The notes: generated by a model not told the origin, from the sequence alone. A stretch of 64,000 nucleotides of DNA from Solirubrobacterales bacterium (GCA_035760445.1 DASTSW010000014.1:27794-91793); one strand, 5' to 3'; shown: positions 35,619 through 45,136, counted from the stretch's first letter. Numbers and translations are program-made.

Positions 35619-37211
35619 TCAGATCTCCAACCGCTCCTCCTCGAGGTCGAGCTCGCGCTCGATCCGGCGCATCACCTCGGCCGAGATCTCGCCGCGGTCG
35701 CGGAGCTCGACCAGGGCGCCGCGCTGGGCGGCGAAGAGCTCGTGCATGAGGCGCTGGTAGGCGAGCGAGCGGTCCTCGATCCCGTCCTCGTCGTCGATCT
35801 TCCCGGCGCGGACCTTGAAGCGGCGGCGGCGGAACTCGTAGAGGCCGCGAACCCGGGTGATCGTCTCTTCCTGGGTCCACTCCTCGACCGCCAGCTCGTC
35901 GAGCCGCTCGAGCGCGGCGGCCGCGGCGCGGAGCCGGGCCTGCACCTCCTCACGTTCCTCCTCGGAGCCGTCGTCCTGGATGCCGAGGCGGCGGATCAGC
36001 GCCGGCAGGGTGAGGCCCTGGCCGACCAGGGTGACGAGGATGACGGCAAAGGTGAGGAAGAGGATCAGGTCGCGGCCCGGCAGCGCTTCGCCCGCGTCGG
36101 TGGTGAGCGGCAGCGCCAGCGCCGCCGCCAGCGAGACCGCGCCGCGCATCCCCGACCAGGCGACCAGGGTCCTGGCGCGGGCGGGCGCCCGGCGGTCGCG
36201 CTGCTGCGGGCGGCGGTCGAGGAGGCGGATGATCGCGGTGCTGCCGAACACCCAGGCGAAGCGGACGACGATCACCAGCAGGCAGACGAGCGTGGCGTCG
36301 AGAAGCGCCTCGGCGACGCCGATCCCGGAGCTCTGCAGACTGTCGACGATTACCGGCAGCTGCAGGCCGATGAGGACGAAGAGGGCGGCGTTGAGCAGGA
36401 AGACGAGGATTTCCCAGACCGAGTAGGACTGCAGGCGAGTCGCCGGTGAGATCAGTTCCGGCGCGCGCCAGCCGATGAAGATGCCGCAGGTGACCGCCGC
36501 CAGGACACCCGAGGCGCCGATCTCGTCGGCCGGCAGGAAGGCCGCGTAGCCGGTGAAGAGGGAGATCGTCACCTGGGTCGTCGGGTCGTCGACGCGGCGG
36601 CGAATCGCCGCGACCAGGTAGCCGACGAGCAGCCCAATCGCGATCCCGCCACCGGCGGCGAGGAGGAAACGGCCACCCGCCTCGGCGGCCGAGAAGCCGG
36701 TACCGATCGCAGCGGCAACCGCGACCTTGTAGATCACCAGCGCGGTCGCGTCGTTGACCAGGCTCTCCCCCTCGAGGACGTTGACCAGCCGGCGGGGAAC
36801 GCCGAGCCGGCTCAGGGTCGCGGTGGCGGCGACCGGATCGGTCGGGGCGACGATCGCACCGAGGGCGATCGATACCGCCCAGGGCAGATCGAAAGCGAAA
36901 TGGGCGGCCGCACCGACGACGAGGGCGGTGGTGAAGACCAGGCCGGTCGACAACATGGTGATCGCCCGGGCATCGGTACGCAGCGCGTTGAGGTCGGAGA
37001 AGAAGGCGTTCGAGTAGAGCAACGGCGGCAGGAAGATGAGCAGGACCAGGTCCGGCTCGAGGGTGACCTCGGGGATCCCGGGGACCAAACCGAGGGCGAG
37101 GCCGCCGAGCACCAGCACGATCGGATAGGGCACCTGGAACCAGTTGGCAACCGCGTTCAGCAGCGCCACCGAGACCAGCAACGCCGCGATGAAGATCTGG
37201 ATCTCGCCCAT
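35619..37211 (-). CDS. Na+/H+ antiporter (CPA1/NhaP-type) with a cytoplasmic C-terminal domain
   Basis: 530 aa with ~12 TM segments. Motifs GESLVNDATALVIYKVAVAA and WSGMRGAVSLAAAL. Confidence 0.85.
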   Translation of the reverse strand: MGEIQIFIAALLVSVALLNAVANWFQVPYPIVLVLGGLALGLVPGIPEVTLEPDLVLLIFLPPLLYSNAFFSDLNALRTDARAITMLSTGLVFTTALVVGAAAHFAFDLPWAVSIALGAIVAPTDPVAATATLSRLGVPRRLVNVLEGESLVNDATALVIYKVAVAAAIGTGFSAAEAGGRFLLAAGGGIAIGLLVGYLVAAIRRRVDDPTTQVTISLFTGYAAFLPADEIGASGVLAAVTCGIFIGWRAPELISPATRLQSYSVWEILVFLLNAALFVLIGLQLPVIVDSLQSSGIGVAEALLDATLVCLLVIVVRFAWVFGSTAIIRLLDRRPQQRDRRAPARARTLVAWSGMRGAVSLAAALALPLTTDAGEALPGRDLILFLTFAVILVTLVGQGLTLPALIRRLGIQDDGSEEEREEVQARLRAAAAALERLDELAVEEWTQEETITRVRGLYEFRRRRFKVRAGKIDDEDGIEDRSLAYQRLMHELFAAQRGALVELRDRGEISAEVMRRIERELDLEEERLEI

Positions 37212-37348
37212 CGGGGATCATTATGTGGAGCCGACAATGCGCGGGTCTTGTCGGGGTCCCTCTTGACAAACCGCACGACTCTTGGGTATCCATTGAGTCG
37301 AAGATGCTTGATCAATGGCACTAGGCGACGCCTAAAGGAGAGAGACCA

Positions 37349-37954
37349 TTGACCATCAAATGGGATGAGAATGGGCGACGGGAGATCGAACAGAACCCGT
37401 CGCTGACCGGAAGCGACGCGACGATCATGAAAGCGCTGGCGCACCCGGTGCGGGCCCGGGCGCTGACCGTCTTGAACGAACGGATGGCGAGCCCGAGCGA
37501 ACTGGCCGCCGAACAGAACGAGGCGGTCGGTTACGTCGCCTACCACGTGCGGGTCCTGCGCGAGATGGAGCTGATCGAGCTGGTCAAGTCGCGGCAGGTG
37601 CGCGGCGCCACCGAGCATTTCTACCGGGGCACGATCAAGCCCTACCTGAGCGAGGACTTCTGGGAGAAGCTGCCGAAGGACGCCCGCAGCGGGGTCAGCG
37701 TCGCCGGCCTCGAGATCCTCAACGAAGCGGTCAGGCGGGCCTTCGAGGCGGGCACTTTCGACGCCCGGGTCGACCGCCACCTCAGCAACGTCACCATCAA
37801 CCTGGATGAGCAGGGCTGGCGCGAAGCGAGCTCCCTGCTGGAACAGTGCCTCAAGGGCCTGATCCAGATCGGCGCCGACGCCGAAAGCCGCAAGGGGAAA
37901 ACCAACATGCGAGCCACCTTCGGCCTGATGGGCTTCGAATCGCCCTCGAAATAG
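37349..37954 (+). CDS. ArsR-like winged-helix regulator with a C-terminal extension
   Basis: TTG at 37349 is preceded by AAGGAGAG. MKALAHPVRARALTVLNERMASPSELAAEQNEAVGYVAYHVRVLREMELIE. C-terminal LDEQGWREASSLLEQCL, paralogous to the tail of 22602-24473. Confidence 0.7.
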   Translation: MTIKWDENGRREIEQNPSLTGSDATIMKALAHPVRARALTVLNERMASPSELAAEQNEAVGYVAYHVRVLREMELIELVKSRQVRGATEHFYRGTIKPYLSEDFWEKLPKDARSGVSVAGLEILNEAVRRAFEAGTFDARVDRHLSNVTINLDEQGWREASSLLEQCLKGLIQIGADAESRKGKTNMRATFGLMGFESPSK

Positions 37955-38088
37955 CGGCCTTTATCAGTTCCGCGCGAGACCCGCGACCGCCTGGCCGCGC
38001 GGGCACGCGATCGCGGCGTCTCCCTCTCCTCCCTGCTGACGGACCTCGCCGAGATCGAGCGCGCCGTCGGCCGGGTCCTGGCGACCGC

Positions 38089-38442
38089 CTAGCTGCCGAA
38101 GACCGCCTCGAGCTCGGTTAGCTGGGTCTCGATTCCGGCGGTGACGCCGTCGCAGAGTTCGTGGACTCCGGGGTCGGCGATCCGGTAGAGCGAGCTGGTG
38201 CCGCGCTTGCGGCGGGCGACGAAGCCCTCGGCGAGCAGGGCCGAGAGGTGCTTGGAGACGTTCTGCTGCGAGGCGCCGAGCGCCTCGGTGATCTCCCCCA
38301 CCGAGGCCTCCTCGTGGTTGCGGAGGTGGTCGAGGATCCGCAGCCGGGTCGGGTCGGCAAGGGCGCGGAAGCGCCGGGCGATCAGCTCCGCGGCCTGCGG
38401 ATTGAGCGGGCTGAGGACCTTCTTTTTCGACGCGGTTGCCAT
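38089..38442 (-). CDS. ArsR/SmtB family transcriptional regulator
   Basis: ATG at 38442 (MATASKKKVLSPL...). FRALADPTRLRILDHLRNHEEASVGEITEALGASQQNVSKHLSALLAEGFVARRKRG. Confidence 0.85.
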   Translation of the reverse strand: MATASKKKVLSPLNPQAAELIARRFRALADPTRLRILDHLRNHEEASVGEITEALGASQQNVSKHLSALLAEGFVARRKRGTSSLYRIADPGVHELCDGVTAGIETQLTELEAVFGS

Positions 38443-38452
38443 CTCCGTGTTA

Positions 38453-38479
38453 TTGTACCTTGTACAACTGTTAAGTTGT
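38453..38479. promoter_or_regulatory. overlapping inverted repeats, candidate ArsR operator in the ArsR/MMPL divergent region
   Basis: TTGTAC-CTT-GTACAA (38453-38467) and ACAAC-N6-GTTGT (38464-38479), within the only AT-rich 56-bp stretch between the divergent starts. Confidence 0.4.
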
Positions 38480-38510
38480 GTAGATGTAAACGGGTAGATT
38501 GGAGAATCCG

Positions 38511-40781
38511 ATGACTGGCGACACCGTAGCGAGAGGCCCACTCGGACCGATCGGCCGGCTGGGGAGGCTTGCCGCCGAGCACCGCGGCAGGGTCTTCGCA
38601 GCCTGGGCGGTGCTCGCGGTCGCCCTCGGCCTTCTCGCCCCGCGGGTCGAGACCGCGCTCTCCGGCGCTGGCTGGGAAGCAACCGGCTCGGAGTCGGTCG
38701 CGGTGCGCAAGCAGGTCGACGCCGAATTCGGCGGCGCCGGTGCCTACGGGCTGCAGGTCGCGGTCCACTCGCCGCGGCTGGCGGCCGACAGCCCGCGCTT
38801 CCAGAGCACCGTCGTCGCGGTCGAACGCACCCTCGGCGCCGACGCCGCGGTCGCCAAGGTGGTCCCGCCGCAACCCGGCGTCTCGATCTCCCGCGACGGC
38901 CATACTGCGGTGGTCCGCGCCACCGCGGCGAAGGATGCCAACGCGATGGTCGCCGCCGCCGGCGAGCTGAAGTCGGAAGTCGCCGCCGTCGCCGCCCCGG
39001 GGGTCGAAGCCAACCTCACGGGCGCCGCCGGGATGTGGTCGGACTTCAACGAAGCCAACAAAGAGGCGATGCTGAAGTCCGAGCTCTTCTCTTGGCCGGT
39101 GACGCTGCTGATCCTCGTCCTCGCCTTCGGCTCGCTGGTCGCCGCCGGGCTGCCGCTGCTGCTGACGATCACCGGCCTCGTCCTCTCCGCCGGCCTCCTC
39201 TACCTCGGCACCCTGGTCTCGCCGATCTCGATCTGGGCGATGAACTTCGCCCTGATGTTCGCCCTGGCGCTGGGGATCGACTACGCCCTCTTCGTGGTGA
39301 TGCGGTTCCGGGGGGCGCTCTTCGGCCAAGGCATGGAGCCGACCGAGGCGGTGGCGACGACGATGGACAGCGCCGGCAAGGCGGTCCTCTTCTCCGGCCT
39401 GACCGTGATCGTCTCGCTGGCGGCGGTACTGCTCGTCCCCAGCCCGGCCTTCCGCTCGGTCGCGCTCGGGATCATGGTCTCGGTCCTCTTCGTCCTCGCC
39501 GCGACCCTGACCCTGCTGCCGGCGGTGCTGGCCAAGCTGGGGCCGCGGGTCGACAGGCTCTCGCTGCCCTGGGCGCACTCGGGCGAGCACCGCTCGCCCC
39601 GCTTCGCCCGCTGGGGCGAGCTGCTCTGGCGCCGGCCGCTGCTCTTCGGCGGGATCGGTCTGGCGGTGCTCGTCCTGCTGGCGCTGCCGGTCCTCGGGGC
39701 GCGGACGGGGATGCCCTCGATCAAGGTCGTGCCGCAGGAAGACCACTCGCGGGTCGGCTACGAACAGCTGAGCGACGCCTTCGGTCCGGGCGCGCCGGGG
39801 CTCCTGCAGGTGACGGCGCCCAGCGCCGCGGCGAGGCGGGTCGCCGCCCAGCTGCAGCGCGACCCCGGCGTAGCGACGGCGCTGCCGCCGCAGGCCGGCG
39901 CCGGCGGCACCGCGCTGATCGAAGCGATGCCGGTCGCGGCGCCCGCGACCGTCGCCTTCAACGACACGGTCGACCGGCTGCGCGCGCAGCTGCCCCCGGC
40001 GGCGCAGGTCGGCGGCCCCGCGGCGGAGAACCGCGACCTCGAGGCGGCGCTGCAGGCGAAGACGCCGCTGGTGATCGGCGTCATCCTCGGCCTCGGCTTC
40101 CTGCTCCTGCTGGTCGCCTTCCAAGCGCCACTGGTCGCCGCCCTCGGGGTCCTCACCAACCTGCTCTCGACCGCCGCCGCCTTCGGGGTCGCGACGCTGA
40201 TCTTCCAGGACGGCAACCTCAGCGGCCTGCTCGGCTTCGAATCGCAGGGCTTCCTCGACGCCTGGGCCCCCGTCTTCTTCTTCGCGATGGTCTTCGCGAT
40301 CGCGATGGACTACACCGTCTTCCTGCTCTCCTCGGCGCGCGAGCACTGGGAGCGGACCGGCAGCGCCCACGCGGCGATGGTCGGCGGCCTCGCCCACTCC
40401 GGCCGGGTGATCCTCGCCGCCGGCGGGGTGATGGTCGCGGTCTTCTTCACCTTCGCCCTCTCCGGGCCGCTGCCGCCGAAGGAAATGGGCGCGATCCTCG
40501 GCATCGCCGTCCTCCTCGACGCCTTCCTCGTCCGCCTGCTGCTGGTCCCGGTGCTGCTGCGGCTCGCCGGTCCCGCCGCCTGGTGGCTGCCGCGCTGGCT
40601 CGACCGACTACTGCCAAGCGTCAGCTTTGGCCACGGCGACTCAGTCGCGGGCGCGGATTCAGCTCTGGGGCGTGCAGGATCGTTCGATCTGGGCGCCGAG
40701 GCGCTGCCCGTTCGCGAAGACCGCGGTGAAGTCGGCGTTCACGCGTCCGTCGCTGCAGGTCACTCGGATCCCTCTGATTAA
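38511..40781 (+). CDS. MMPL family (RND superfamily) transporter
   Basis: ATG at 38511 follows GGAG (38501-38504); the track TTG at 38499 is an alternative. Two 6-TM bundles with periplasmic loops. Typical end PAAWWLPRWLDRLLP, followed by a ~50-aa non-conserved tail that overlaps the convergent gene. Confidence 0.85.
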   Translation: MTGDTVARGPLGPIGRLGRLAAEHRGRVFAAWAVLAVALGLLAPRVETALSGAGWEATGSESVAVRKQVDAEFGGAGAYGLQVAVHSPRLAADSPRFQSTVVAVERTLGADAAVAKVVPPQPGVSISRDGHTAVVRATAAKDANAMVAAAGELKSEVAAVAAPGVEANLTGAAGMWSDFNEANKEAMLKSELFSWPVTLLILVLAFGSLVAAGLPLLLTITGLVLSAGLLYLGTLVSPISIWAMNFALMFALALGIDYALFVVMRFRGALFGQGMEPTEAVATTMDSAGKAVLFSGLTVIVSLAAVLLVPSPAFRSVALGIMVSVLFVLAATLTLLPAVLAKLGPRVDRLSLPWAHSGEHRSPRFARWGELLWRRPLLFGGIGLAVLVLLALPVLGARTGMPSIKVVPQEDHSRVGYEQLSDAFGPGAPGLLQVTAPSAAARRVAAQLQRDPGVATALPPQAGAGGTALIEAMPVAAPATVAFNDTVDRLRAQLPPAAQVGGPAAENRDLEAALQAKTPLVIGVILGLGFLLLLVAFQAPLVAALGVLTNLLSTAAAFGVATLIFQDGNLSGLLGFESQGFLDAWAPVFFFAMVFAIAMDYTVFLLSSAREHWERTGSAHAAMVGGLAHSGRVILAAGGVMVAVFFTFALSGPLPPKEMGAILGIAVLLDAFLVRLLLVPVLLRLAGPAAWWLPRWLDRLLPSVSFGHGDSVAGADSALGRAGSFDLGAEALPVREDRGEVGVHASVAAGHSDPSD

Positions 40782-42116
40782 CCTCAGACCGAAAGAGGTG
40801 ACCGAGACCGCCGGAGTGACGACGCGCGGGAGCGTGACACTCGCCAGAAGCCCGTAACCACCGAGGCGCACCCGCTTCACCTTCACCGTGGCGACGAAGG
40901 CCCGCGAGACCGGGTCGTCGAGATAGGTGTGGAGGTAGAGGGTCGTCACCCCATCTCTGACCCCGCCGTTGAAGGCGAGCAGCCGAGGCCCCACATCTGG
41001 GCGCAACCTCCGCGAGGAGACCGCGGCCACGGTTTCGACCTGGGCGCTGCCGACCGAGGCATCGCCGCAGGCGGCTTCCGCTTCCCTGCTCAACCTGCCC
41101 CTGATCTCGCTCAGCCGGCAGACCGGGACATCGCTCATGTCGACTTCGATGTCCTTGTCGGCCAGCAGCCGAAAGTGCCGAAGGGCGGGGACGTGAGTGC
41201 CGTCGCGGGTGCCGAACCTCGCCGAGAACGTGACCGCGGCGCGGGTCGGTCGGGTCTTCGAGAGCTTGCGCGGGGAGATTCCCGCGTTGAAGAGGGCCTC
41301 CAGATTTCCCGCGGCCACCTGGACCGGCCTTTCATCCGTCGCCCGCCGGGCACGCCGGTCCACCACACAGGGGCGGACCATTTTTTCCGGGACCCACTGC
41401 CCTTCGGTAGTCGTGGTCACGGCGCTCAGCTCAAATCTCCCGTCCGCGCAGGTCGCCGACAGGAACCGCTTTCCGATCCGCAGCCGGTAGTCAGCCAGCG
41501 AGCCGTAGCCGCCCGCGATCTTCGGAATCGAGAGCAGCGCTTCCCAGCCGACCCTGCCTTTGTCCACCCGGCGGATGTCAACCGTGGTGACGACCTCCGC
41601 GGTCACAGGAGCGGTGAGGAAGGTGTGGGCGACCAGGTCGATGCCTGCCGGCGAGTCGAGTGCCCTGAACAAGACAAGGCGGCCCCGCACCATCGTCTTC
41701 GGCTGATCCGGGAACTCGACCTCGACGGAGATCTCGCCGCGTCCGACGATCGACTTACGGCAGATGGATTCGATCTGTCCTGGGTGGAGACGTGGCCTGA
41801 GAGTGGGCAGCTTGCATCCCGGCACCCCCTTCAGGTCGAGCGCCAGGTGCCTGTCGGCCAGGAACCGCAGCTCGGTCGCCGGCGGCAGATGGGTCCCGTC
41901 CTCGGCTCGATATTTGCCGGAGACCTCCAATCGCACCGGCGCCGGCTTGGTCGGGGAGAGCTTGGTCGGCGTGATCGCGAAATTGAAGTGCTGGATCAGG
42001 TGCTCGGGTGCCCTGGGAAGGGGAGCGGCGCCCGCCATCACGGCAGCCGTCAGCAGGAAGGCGATGACGCCCAATGCTCCCGCGAACCTCGAGCCGTTTC
42101 CAGCCTTCCCCCGCAT
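40659..42116 (-). CDS. 485-aa secreted protein made of two tandem copies of the Cys-pair module (hypothetical)
   Basis: ATG at 42116 (MRGKAGNGSRFAGALGVIAFLLTAAVMAGA). Two ~215-aa repeats share FN..I(T/S)P.KLS, DGTH(L/V)P, LAD, VP.C(K/R)L, C...S(I/V)G, HT(F/Y)L and TC(A/S)DGR. Confidence 0.75.
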   Translation of the reverse strand: MRGKAGNGSRFAGALGVIAFLLTAAVMAGAAPLPRAPEHLIQHFNFAITPTKLSPTKPAPVRLEVSGKYRAEDGTHLPPATELRFLADRHLALDLKGVPGCKLPTLRPRLHPGQIESICRKSIVGRGEISVEVEFPDQPKTMVRGRLVLFRALDSPAGIDLVAHTFLTAPVTAEVVTTVDIRRVDKGRVGWEALLSIPKIAGGYGSLADYRLRIGKRFLSATCADGRFELSAVTTTTEGQWVPEKMVRPCVVDRRARRATDERPVQVAAGNLEALFNAGISPRKLSKTRPTRAAVTFSARFGTRDGTHVPALRHFRLLADKDIEVDMSDVPVCRLSEIRGRLSREAEAACGDASVGSAQVETVAAVSSRRLRPDVGPRLLAFNGGVRDGVTTLYLHTYLDDPVSRAFVATVKVKRVRLGGYGLLASVTLPRVVTPAVSVTSFGLRLIRGIRVTCSDGRVNADFTAVFANGQRLGAQIERSCTPQS

Positions 42117-42156
42117 CCCACCATCAGGATAAGCCCCTCTGAGTACTCTCGCGTAG

Positions 42157-42858
42157 ATGCGAGTCCTCGCGATCGTGCAGCAACCTGACGCCGGGCCGGG
42201 TGTCTTCGCCGAGGCGATCCGCGCCGCCGGGAGCACGCTCGACGAGTGGGTGCCGGCGGAGCAATCTGAGCCGCCGGCGGACCCACCGGGCTACGACGCG
42301 GTCCTCGTCCTCGGCGGGGCGATGAACGTCGACGAAGAGGAGGGGCACGGGTGGCTGGCCGAGGAGAAGGCGCTGCTGCGGGAGCTGCTCGAGCGCGAGG
42401 TGCCGCTGCTCGGCCTCTGCCTTGGCGGCCAGCTGGTTGCCGAAGCGGCCGGCGCCGAGCCGGGGCGAGCGTCCCGGCCGGAGATCGGCTGGCACCGGGT
42501 CGAGGTGACGCCCGAGGGCGCCGACGACCCGCTGTTCGGCCCGCTCGCCCCGGACTTCGAGGCCTTCCAGTGGCACAGCTACGAGTTCCCGCTGCCGCCC
42601 GGCGCCGTCCCCATCGCCCGCAGCGAGGTCTGCCTCCAGGGCGCCCGCATCGGCGAGCGCGCCTGGGCGCTGCAGTTCCACCCCGAGGTGAGCCGCGCCG
42701 ACGCCCTCCACTGGGTCGAGGACTACGAGGCCGACCCCGACGCGGTCCGGATCGGCATCGACCCGGCGGTGCTCGGACCGGAGACCGAAGCGAAGATCGG
42801 CGCATTCAACCGGCTCGGGCGGGATCTTTGTCTGCGCTGGTTGCGAACCGTCGGCTAG
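42157..42858 (+). CDS. type 1 glutamine amidotransferase (GMP-synthase-like GATase1)
   Basis: LLGLCLGGQLVAEAAG (catalytic Cys), FQWHSYEF and LQFHPEV. Confidence 0.85.
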   Translation: MRVLAIVQQPDAGPGVFAEAIRAAGSTLDEWVPAEQSEPPADPPGYDAVLVLGGAMNVDEEEGHGWLAEEKALLRELLEREVPLLGLCLGGQLVAEAAGAEPGRASRPEIGWHRVEVTPEGADDPLFGPLAPDFEAFQWHSYEFPLPPGAVPIARSEVCLQGARIGERAWALQFHPEVSRADALHWVEDYEADPDAVRIGIDPAVLGPETEAKIGAFNRLGRDLCLRWLRTVG

Positions 42859-43016
42859 CGCTCTCGCCACGGTCTTCGCCAACAAGACCGGCGACCCGCA
42901 GCAGATGCTGCCGACCCCGACCCGGATCGGCGTCACCTTCACGCCCACCGGCGGCACCGCGGCGACCAAGACCTACAAGGTCACGCTGAAGAAGACGCTG
43001 AAAACGAAATAGCGCC

Positions 43017-43775
43017 TCAGTCCACCTGGACCGGCGTCAGGTAGGCGGCGGAGAGGCCGCCGTCTACCAGGAAGGTGCTGGCGGTGACGAAGCTGGAGTC
43101 GTCGCTGGCGAGGAAGAGGGCCGCCTTGGCGATCTCCTCGGGCTCGCCGAAGCGGCCCATCGGGATGTGGACGAGGCGCTTGGCGGCGCGCTCGGGGTCC
43201 TTGGCGAAGAGCTCCTTCAGCAGCGGCGTGTTGACCGGACCGGGGCAGAGGGCGTTGACGCGGACGCCGCGGTCGGCGAACTCGACCCCGAGCTCGCGCG
43301 AAAGCGAGAGGACGCCGCCCTTGGAAGCGGTGTAGGAGATCTGCGAGACGGCGGCTCCGGTCGTCGCGACGAAGGAGGCGACGTTGATCACCGAACCGCC
43401 GGCGGCGTCGAGCAGGTGGGGGATGCCGTGCTTGCAGCAGAGGAAGACGCTGCGCAGGTTGACGTCCTGGACCCGTTGCCAGGACTCGAGGCTGGTCTCC
43501 AGGACCGAGCCGTCGTCGGTCGGGTTGATGCCGGCGTTGTTCATCAGCACGTCGATGCGGCCGAACTGCTCGCGTGCCTCGGCAAGAGCGTTTCGGACCT
43601 GCTCCTCGTCGGCGACGTCGGCGGCGATCGTCAGCCCGCCGACCGCCTGCTCGGCGTCGAGGTCGACGCCGACCACGGTCGCCCCCTCGGCGGCGAACAG
43701 CCGCGCCGACTCGGCGCCGATCCCGCTGGCGCTACCGGTGACGACGCAAACCTTGTCCTGCAACCGTCCGGCCAT
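43017..43775 (-). CDS. SDR family oxidoreductase
   Basis: VCVVTGSASGIGAE (TGxxxGxG), NNAG and YTASKGGVLSLSR (YxxxK). The start shares one nucleotide with the upstream stop (TGATG). Confidence 0.9.
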   Translation of the reverse strand: MAGRLQDKVCVVTGSASGIGAESARLFAAEGATVVGVDLDAEQAVGGLTIAADVADEEQVRNALAEAREQFGRIDVLMNNAGINPTDDGSVLETSLESWQRVQDVNLRSVFLCCKHGIPHLLDAAGGSVINVASFVATTGAAVSQISYTASKGGVLSLSRELGVEFADRGVRVNALCPGPVNTPLLKELFAKDPERAAKRLVHIPMGRFGEPEEIAKAALFLASDDSSFVTASTFLVDGGLSAAYLTPVQVD

Positions 43776-45136
43776 CAGTTCCCCCCAGTCGCGTAGAAGA
43801 CGTTCTTCACGTCGGTGTAGTGGTCGAGCGCGTCGGGGCCGAGCTCGCGGCCGACGCCGGACTGCTTGAAACCGCCGAAGGGGGTGGAGACGCGGACCGA
43901 GGTGTTGGAGTTGATCGAGATCACGCCGGTCTCCAGCGCCCGCGCCACCCGCAGCGCCCGCCCCCCGTCTCCCGTCCAGACCGAGCCCGAGAGACCGTAG
44001 ATCGTGTCGTTTGCGAGCCGCACCGCGTCCTCCTCGGAGTCGAAGGGGATGACACAGGCGACCGGGCCGAAGATCTCCTCGGTCGCGGCGCGGTCGTCGT
44101 TCGACACCGGCGCCAGCACCGTCGGCGGGAACCAGTAGCCCGGACCGTCGGGGGCGCTGCCGCGGATCGCGACCGGCGCATCGTCGGGGACGTAACCGGC
44201 GACGGCCTCGCGCTGGCCGGCGGAGATCAGCGGGCCCATCTCGGTCGCCTCGCTCAGCGGATCGCCGACCGCGATCCCCTCCACCGCCGGCTGCAGCGCG
44301 GCGAGGAAGTCGTCGAGGGCAGCTCGCTCGACGAGGATCCGCGAACGCGCGCAGCAGTCCTGGCCGGCGTTGCCGAAAACTGCGGCGGGCGCGGCAGCGG
44401 CCGCCGCCCTGATGTCCGCGTCGGCGAAGACGACGTTGGCTGACTTACCGCCCAGCTCCAGCGTCACCCGCTTGATCGTCGCCGCGGCGCCGGCGGCGAT
44501 CCCGCGGCCGACCTCGGTCGAGCCGGTAAAGGCGACCTTGGCGACGTCGGGGTGCTCGACCAGGCGCTGGCCGCAGACGCTGCCCGGACCGGCGACGACG
44601 TTCAGCACGCCCTCCGGGATACCAGCGTCGAGGGCGAGCACCTCCAGCTCCAGCGCGGTCAGCGGCGTCAGCTCCGCCGGCTTGAGGACGACGCAGTTGC
44701 CGGCGGCGAGGGCCGGCGCCACCTTCCAGGAGGCGATCGTCAGCGGGAAGTTCCAGGGGACGATCAGGCCGACGACGCCAAGCGGCTCGCGGAAGGTCAT
44801 GTCGACGCCGCCGGCCACCGGGATCGTCTGGCCGAGCAGCCGCTCCGGGGCGCCCGCGTAGTAGCGGAAGGTCTCGACCACCATCTCGATCTCGCCGCGG
44901 GCGTCGCCGATCGGCTTGCCGGCGTTCCGCGCCTCCAGCTGCGCCAGCTCCTCCAGCCGCGCCTCGATCGCGTCGGCGAGGTCGCGCAGCAGCTTCGCCC
45001 GGTCGGCCGGCGCCACCGCCCGCCAGGCGGAGAAGGCCGACTTGGCCCGTGCCACCGCCGCGTCGACCCCCTCGACTCCGGCCCGCGAGACCTCGGCCAT
45101 CACCTCCTCGGTCGCCGGCTCGATGACCTGAATCAC
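43775..45136 (-). CDS. NAD-dependent aldehyde dehydrogenase
   Basis: GTG at 45136 overlaps the upstream stop (GTGA, 45133-45136). Motifs VPWNFPL, FTGSTEVGR, ELGGKSANVVF and EEIFGPV. Confidence 0.85.
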   Translation of the reverse strand: MIQVIEPATEEVMAEVSRAGVEGVDAAVARAKSAFSAWRAVAPADRAKLLRDLADAIEARLEELAQLEARNAGKPIGDARGEIEMVVETFRYYAGAPERLLGQTIPVAGGVDMTFREPLGVVGLIVPWNFPLTIASWKVAPALAAGNCVVLKPAELTPLTALELEVLALDAGIPEGVLNVVAGPGSVCGQRLVEHPDVAKVAFTGSTEVGRGIAAGAAATIKRVTLELGGKSANVVFADADIRAAAAAAPAAVFGNAGQDCCARSRILVERAALDDFLAALQPAVEGIAVGDPLSEATEMGPLISAGQREAVAGYVPDDAPVAIRGSAPDGPGYWFPPTVLAPVSNDDRAATEEIFGPVACVIPFDSEEDAVRLANDTIYGLSGSVWTGDGGRALRVARALETGVISINSNTSVRVSTPFGGFKQSGVGRELGPDALDHYTDVKNVFYATGGN

